A DNA stretch of 64,000 nt from Candidatus Buchananbacteria bacterium. GTDB lineage: Bacteria > Patescibacteriota > Patescibacteriia > 2-01-FULL-39-33. The stretch lies in contig JAUSEE010000002.1 of NCBI GenBank assembly GCA_030650095.1, positions 6,711 through 70,710 of the forward strand. Direction: 5' to 3'. The position numbers and the translations under genes are program-made. Below, piece after piece: positions 58,721-64,000 of the stretch. Position 1 is the stretch's first letter, and the number at the start of each line of letters is the position of its first letter. The notes beneath the pieces were generated by a model. The model was not told the DNA's origin. It did not search any database and was given only the letters and a program-made list of their open reading frames with translations.

Positions 58721-60388
58721 TTAAAGGGTGGTGGAGACGTCTACTTGGAAAGCGCCATCTACCAGGGTAACTGTTTGGCCGTTAATCTTAACGGTCATGA
58801 GTTCCAGTGGAATATAACCTCCGCTGGTCGCGTCAGAAACCACTCCAAAACGCAGAATATTGGGACGGAATTTACTCACTGTTCCGGAAGCATTACCACT
58901 GGTAACAGCAAAAGTTTGCCGTTCGATCCAGGGGTTGCCGCCGGTCTGGTGGTACAACTCCAAGCCAATGACACCAGGGTTGCCGCCGGTAGCCGAGAAG
59001 TTCAGCACGCTACCGTTCCAAGTTAGATTGATGTTAATCAATCCACCCGGGTTGCTTTCGCTGGCAAACACAGCCGTCACGGAGACATCGCTGTCCATCG
59101 TGACCATACCCGGGTTGTTAAAAGCATCGGTGCCATTAACGATCCACTTACTGAATGTCCATCCTGTTGCCGCCGTGGCCGAGATAGTCACTTGCGTGCC
59201 AGCAGCATAGCTACCAGCTCCAGTGACAGTACCCTGGCCCTGAACGGTAATAGAGAGAACGTGGTTGGTGGGTTGCTGTATTATATTGGACACATCAACC
59301 TGGTAGGCTGTATTTCCGTCTACATTAACCAGTGGAACATTTATGCCGTTAATTCTAACAGACGCCGATTCAAATGGCACATATCCGCCACTTACCGCGC
59401 TTGAAACAACTCCGAAGCGTAGAATGTTGGGACGGAATTTATTCACCGTTCCGGAAGCGTTACCACTGGTAACAGCAAAAGTCTGCCGTTCGATCCAGGG
59501 GTTGCCGCCGGTCTGGTGGTACAACTCCAAGCCAATAACACCAGGGTTGGCGCCAGTAGCCGAGAAGTTCAGCACACTGCCATCCCAAGTGAGATCAACA
59601 CTAATAGGACCGCCGGGATTTCCATTACTGGTAAACACAGCCGTCACGGAGACATCGCTGTCCATCGTGATCGTGCCGGGATTGTTGTAGGCCAAAGTGC
59701 CGTTGACAATCCAGTGGTCAAAACTCCAACCATTTTCTGGTGTAGCTGTGATAATCACATCCGTACCGGCTGGGTAAGTCCCCGCGCCGGTCGTCGTGCC
59801 CTGTCCTTGGGTGGTAATATTTAGATCGAAAAATTCTCCGCCCTCTCTGGTAAAAGAGGTGGCGAAACCGGTTCCGTTATTGGCTGTGGCGGTAACAATC
59901 AACGATTTTACGCTTCCACTCATGTAGAAGTCAAAGGTATTGAAAGCCACGCCATTTTCTACGCCGCCGCTCAAATGCAAATCATCAATAGAGGCGATAA
60001 TTCCCAAAGCAATCAAATAGCCCCAGAGGTCTTCAGGCTCATAAGTTTTATAAAGCCCATCCTCATCATTCGCCAGGGAAATATTTTTATGACCGTCGGC
60101 GTTGTTATAAACGCTGACGCTGATGGCCTCGCTTAGGCCATCAATGGAAAAAGTAGCCTGGACTTTTGACATAGGTACGCCGTCATAGCGTACGCTGCCG
60201 AAAACCGGGCCTGTGTTAGAGGGAATAATAATGTTGTCATAATTTTCTAATGTGTCAGAAAATAATTCCTGTCCATTCTGATTTTCCAATTGAGCAGTCA
60301 CCACCAGCGTCGCCGGTGGCGGGCAACCCAAAAAGATAATGGAAATAAAACAAAAAACCGCAATTACCGAGATCAACTTTGTCATCAT
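58721..60388 (-). CDS. Lipoprotein with two InlB B-repeat-like domains and a duplicated 189-aa module
   Basis: Lipobox FLGC followed by PPP; GxGT...YxAGTxVxIxA...GWxFxxW...MDSDVSVTAVF twice; GGAGG SD. Confidence 0.8.
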   Translation of the reverse strand: MMTKLISVIAVFCFISIIFLGCPPPATLVVTAQLENQNGQELFSDTLENYDNIIIPSNTGPVFGSVRYDGVPMSKVQATFSIDGLSEAISVSVYNNADGHKNISLANDEDGLYKTYEPEDLWGYLIALGIIASIDDLHLSGGVENGVAFNTFDFYMSGSVKSLIVTATANNGTGFATSFTREGGEFFDLNITTQGQGTTTGAGTYPAGTDVIITATPENGWSFDHWIVNGTLAYNNPGTITMDSDVSVTAVFTSNGNPGGPISVDLTWDGSVLNFSATGANPGVIGLELYHQTGGNPWIERQTFAVTSGNASGTVNKFRPNILRFGVVSSAVSGGYVPFESASVRINGINVPLVNVDGNTAYQVDVSNIIQQPTNHVLSITVQGQGTVTGAGSYAAGTQVTISATAATGWTFSKWIVNGTDAFNNPGMVTMDSDVSVTAVFASESNPGGLININLTWNGSVLNFSATGGNPGVIGLELYHQTGGNPWIERQTFAVTSGNASGTVSKFRPNILRFGVVSDATSGGYIPLELMTVKINGQTVTLVDGAFQVDVSTTL

Positions 60389-60392
60389 TCGT

Positions 60393-60526
60393 CCTCCATT
60401 GGTGTTCTGATGATCTTAAATTGTAGCGGTAATTTATCTAAATCACCGGCTACTTCTTTGTCAAGGAACAAGCAGGAACAGTCCTACTCAACAAATCATA
60501 TTATCACATATCACAGTAAATGTCAA
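60393..60526 (-). promoter_or_regulatory. Promoter, boxA-like motif, leader hairpin and SD of the lipoprotein gene
   Basis: TTGACA(60526-60521)-17-TAATAT with TG; GTTCCTTGACAA (60469-60458); hairpin 60423-60453; GGAGG (60397-60393). Confidence 0.7.
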
Positions 60527-60530
60527 GAAC

Positions 60531-60559
60531 AAAAAATACCCCAATTGAGGTATTTTTTT
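60531..60559 (-). terminator. Intrinsic terminator
   Basis: AAAAAATACC...GGTATTTTTT. Confidence 0.7.
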
Positions 60560-60576
60560 AGCTTATTTTAGACAAT

Positions 60577-61332
60577 TTATTTAATAACTACGATCCCGTC
60601 AGAATTGGCTATTTTATCATTTATTAAATTAGTGGTTATACCGGTATTGGTTTTAATTATAATTTTTTGGCTGATTGAGTCTAAAGCGGTAACTTTTATG
60701 CCATTTAATAATTCGGCAACCGATCCGGCTTGATTAGCGCTAGGCGTTAGGGCGACTTCAAAAGCCAGACCAATAGGCTGGTTGGCATCAGTTAAAAGTA
60801 ATCTATCTAAAGCCCAATTAATTTGTCTGGAATTGTTATTAAAATACATATTTTCTCCATGAGTAACGATTGATTTGCCGGTTAAAGAAACATTTTCCGG
60901 CAACTGGGCTGACACTAAAACATTTTTCAAATCATGAGTAAACTCGTCTAAACTGATGAATATCCAGTATTTGGTAATGGCACCGATTTTTGGCGGCAGC
61001 GGCCCCAGGCCTAATTGCTCGCCTTCGGCCGTGTAATATCTGGCCAGTGATTGCAGTTTTATGTCAGTTGATTTTATAATCACCGGCTCGTTTTCTTCAA
61101 CTTGGTTGTCAGTGTTGGTATCAGTATTTATATTTTGGTTGCTGTTTTGATTGTTAGCATTACTGTCAATTCCCAGCACCGCGCCGTAATTGCCGGTTGA
61201 CAAATAAGCGTTAATAATTATTAAAGCCAAGATAAAAACAGACAAAAGGCCATCTATGGTTAAATGCCAATATCTATTTTTATTGTCTTTATGATAATGC
61301 TTGTTCCAGCGTTTTTTAAAAAAGTTTTCCAT
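60577..61332 (-). CDS. Membrane-anchored hypothetical protein with Ig-like domain
   Basis: One TM, Asn-rich linker, GPLPPKIG beta-rich domain. Confidence 0.7.
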   Translation of the reverse strand: MENFFKKRWNKHYHKDNKNRYWHLTIDGLLSVFILALIIINAYLSTGNYGAVLGIDSNANNQNSNQNINTDTNTDNQVEENEPVIIKSTDIKLQSLARYYTAEGEQLGLGPLPPKIGAITKYWIFISLDEFTHDLKNVLVSAQLPENVSLTGKSIVTHGENMYFNNNSRQINWALDRLLLTDANQPIGLAFEVALTPSANQAGSVAELLNGIKVTALDSISQKIIIKTNTGITTNLINDKIANSDGIVVIK

Positions 61333-61348
61333 ATATTTTAATAATTAT

Positions 61349-63475
61349 TTAATTACTTATTTCATCTAGAGTGGAGCTTAAAGTAAAAACATCGGTTGTG
61401 AGGGTTATTATTTCTTTATTGCCATCACTGTCTATATCGGTTACAGCCACTCTGGTGCCGTCTTTCTTTTTACTGTCATAAGGCAACCAAGCCTTAACTA
61501 GAACGCCGCTAGAATTAAAAATTTTAACTTCCGGTTCTCCGCCCTGGCCTATGCCAGTGATGATTTCTGCCACGCCGTCACCGTTTATGTCTCCGCTTGC
61601 CACATAAGTTCCGCCTCTAAAATTTTTGTTGTAAGCAAAAAATTCACTGATTAATGTCCGGCCTGTTTTGTCAAATACTTTAACATGCGGACCGCCTTTG
61701 TAACCGGCTCCGGCAATTATTTCTATCTCGCCATCGCCATTGATATCGCCGGCGGCTAAGTTAACGCCCAAATCAGACGCTGTTTTTTTATAAGCATACC
61801 AGCTGTTTATCAAAACCCCAGCGCTGTTAAAAACTTTTATTTCGTTGGCGCCGCCATTTTCCGGGCCGGTGATTATTTCCATTTTACCGTCTTTATCCAA
61901 ATCGGCAAAAGCCAAAGACAAACCGCCGTTGTATTTATAGCCGTAAGGCGTAATTTGGGTTTTTGTAAAACCGCTATCGCTTAATATGGTAATAGTTGAT
62001 TTGTCGCTAATTATAGTTTCTTCATGATCATCTCCGTCAATATTCAATTTAGCTATTTTAAGGCCGCCGCGGAATTTTTGGTTATAAGCAAAAAAGCCGG
62101 ATCTGATGCTTTCTCCGTTTTGATTGAATATTCTGGCAAAAGATCCGTTGGTAAAAACAGCCTCTTTCATTTCCTCTATTGGCCTTAAAAGTATAGTGCC
62201 ATCTTCCGGACTTAAAGTTAAGCTGTCGATTTTACCGCCGTTACTAATGTCGTAATTTTGAGTGCTTTTTATTTTTTCATATTCACGGTCAAAATTAATG
62301 GTCTGGTTTTTGTCGGTGGAATTAACTATAGCCAAGCCGTTTTCAAAATCCCTTTTCCAAACGCCTTCTTTTATCCGTCCATTTTTTTGATCCAGCAAGT
62401 TTATCGGTTTTGATTTGGGCTGGCCTAAATTAATATCAAACTCGTCATACCACCAAAAGTCTTCGCGTTTTTCTGTGCCCCAATCAAAGCTATAATAGCC
62501 GTCATAAAGCAAAGTGCTGGTTAAGCCATAACGCATCCGGCTGGAATTGGTGTATTGGCCAGTATTATCAGAATCAGCATTAATTATATTTATCCTGGGC
62601 TGATAACCTTTGGCATTAACGATAAAATATCTTTCCATTGATCCCACCCAGCCGCCTTCCCAGAATTCCGGAAAGCCTTCAAACATGCGTCCATTGGTGT
62701 ATTCGCTGTAGGATCCTTCGCCGTTGCCTAAGATTAGGTATTTATCACCTAGTCTATCCCTGAGGTTTTTGAAAAAAATTCTGTTGCCCACTTGCCACAA
62801 TTGGTTTATTTTATTTTCACTGTCTTTTTGGCCGTCGCCGTCCATGTCCATATCCGGATTTACCCAGGCGGCCGTGTTCCAAATATTATCAAATAAAAGC
62901 CCGTCCCATAAATTGGTAGACAAGACTTTGTTGGTATAAAAATTAATCAAGTAATCATTATAAAAATTTCCCGATCTGTCGCTGACATATTGGTTCATGG
63001 ATAAATTGCCCGGCCAATAGCTTATGTTTTCTCCCTGGTAAGTTTTTAGATACCACTCCGGGCTGATGCCTGAAATTAAATCATGCCATAAGCCGGTTCC
63101 GCCGGGTTCCATTATTTGTAATCTTTCGCGCGGCACTTCATTGGCGGTGGTGTAAGCCAAAATAATAATATCCGGGTTTAATTCCCTGATTTTTAAAATG
63201 GCTTCAGCGCTGTCTACTTGGGCTTTCATATCCAAGGCCAACATGTCCCACTTAGCTAAAAGAGGAACCTCTTCCATGGTAATGGGCGTTTTCCAATATA
63301 AATTTACAGCTTTGGGGTATTGGTTATCGGGCAAATTATAAGCTAGCCCGACAGAGGGGACTAGCAAGATGATTGAGGCGATAGTTAAAATTATTCTTTT
63401 TACCCCGTTAAATTTTATTGGAACGCTAAAACCCGTTTTAATTTGTAGAGATTTATTTTTATTAATTTTATTCAT
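61349..63475 (-). CDS. Secreted putative glycoside hydrolase with FG-GAP-like repeats
   Basis: Signal peptide, WDGLLFDN, WWYDEF, repeated A.GDINGDG..EII.G motifs. Confidence 0.75.
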   Translation of the reverse strand: MNKINKNKSLQIKTGFSVPIKFNGVKRIILTIASIILLVPSVGLAYNLPDNQYPKAVNLYWKTPITMEEVPLLAKWDMLALDMKAQVDSAEAILKIRELNPDIIILAYTTANEVPRERLQIMEPGGTGLWHDLISGISPEWYLKTYQGENISYWPGNLSMNQYVSDRSGNFYNDYLINFYTNKVLSTNLWDGLLFDNIWNTAAWVNPDMDMDGDGQKDSENKINQLWQVGNRIFFKNLRDRLGDKYLILGNGEGSYSEYTNGRMFEGFPEFWEGGWVGSMERYFIVNAKGYQPRINIINADSDNTGQYTNSSRMRYGLTSTLLYDGYYSFDWGTEKREDFWWYDEFDINLGQPKSKPINLLDQKNGRIKEGVWKRDFENGLAIVNSTDKNQTINFDREYEKIKSTQNYDISNGGKIDSLTLSPEDGTILLRPIEEMKEAVFTNGSFARIFNQNGESIRSGFFAYNQKFRGGLKIAKLNIDGDDHEETIISDKSTITILSDSGFTKTQITPYGYKYNGGLSLAFADLDKDGKMEIITGPENGGANEIKVFNSAGVLINSWYAYKKTASDLGVNLAAGDINGDGEIEIIAGAGYKGGPHVKVFDKTGRTLISEFFAYNKNFRGGTYVASGDINGDGVAEIITGIGQGGEPEVKIFNSSGVLVKAWLPYDSKKKDGTRVAVTDIDSDGNKEIITLTTDVFTLSSTLDEISN

Positions 63476-63503
63476 AATAATTAATTATTTAACCGGGTGA
63501 ATA

Positions 63504-64000
63504 TTATTTCTGGGCTATGATAATAGTGGGAAACATGACTGCGATTAAAGCCTTGGTTAATTTTCTATTTAGTTTTAGCACACTTTTGAATATTTTAAAA
63601 TCAAACATTTTTTCCAGCAGTAATGATCTTTTCAGCCATAACATTCTGGGCTGGGCGGCTATTTTAAACTTTTCCATTATCCGGGGATTAAACAAATAAC
63701 CCGATACCTTGCTGTAACCGCTTTCTTTCATTTGTCTAACCAGTTCTCTTAAATTAAATTCCTTCAAATGCAGGCCTTGCGCCCGGCTGCCCAGTTTTAA
63801 GAAATGTCCGCTGATATCGTGAGGCCCGGAAAAGCGGTGCGGGGTGATAACCAGCAACCGGCCCTTGTCTGTTAAAATATTTTTCAATTTAAGCAAGGTG
63901 GCTTTCATTTCATCCGGAGCAATATGCTCTATGACATTATCCATAACAATCAAATCATATTTATCTTGGATTTGGTTTAAATCGCCGCTCATAAATCTAG
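63504..64000 (-). CDS. Class I SAM-dependent methyltransferase, 5' end probably outside the window
   Basis: YDLIVMDNVIEH, GRLLVITP; frame stays open to the window edge. Confidence 0.8.
   Translation of the reverse strand, partial: RFMSGDLNQIQDKYDLIVMDNVIEHIAPDEMKATLLKLKNILTDKGRLLVITPHRFSGPHDISGHFLKLGSRAQGLHLKEFNLRELVRQMKESGYSKVSGYLFNPRIMEKFKIAAQPRMLWLKRSLLLEKMFDFKIFKSVLKLNRKLTKALIAVMFPTIIIAQK

Noticed and set aside
58721-59830. Near-identical duplication as a diversity-generating retroelement TR/VR pair
   Set aside because: Both copies are in-frame parts of one gene, differences look mostly synonymous rather than adenine-specific, and no reverse transcriptase is in the window
56473-60430. 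Identical 14-mer TAAATTGTAGCGGT at 56473 and 60417
   Set aside because: Several 14-mer matches are expected by chance in 64 kb and the contexts differ (terminator vs leader)

Overview
Chromosomal window from an AT-rich, genetic-code-11 bacterium. Gene content and style point to Patescibacteria/CPR, probably Parcubacteria (inferred, no database search): a CPR-type pilM/N/O type IV pilus cluster, PEGA and C39 proteins, many stand-alone receivers, and core genes without Shine-Dalgarno (SD) sites. Contents: nrdJ plus cobO, two histidine kinases with six receivers, a 3190-aa repetitive surface protein preceded by a miniature paralog, a ZIP/thioredoxin block, housekeeping genes (rsmI, metG, tatD, murA, ctpA, rplI, pyrG, rpmA), an iron/Fe-S block and a pilus operon. 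No rRNA, tRNA or CRISPR array was recognised. Main signals outside the ORF track: (1) five accessory islets share a boxA-like 12-mer plus a strong SD, unlike the core genes, and two of them look Hydrogenedentes-like; (2) a ~170-nt element in two diverged copies with compensatory base changes; (3) GTCATTGCG...CGCAATGAC palindromes bracketing an uncalled GIY-YIG pseudogene and a receiver gene; (4) three IS200/IS605-like MITEs, two supplying gene C-termini and one carrying a nested insert.
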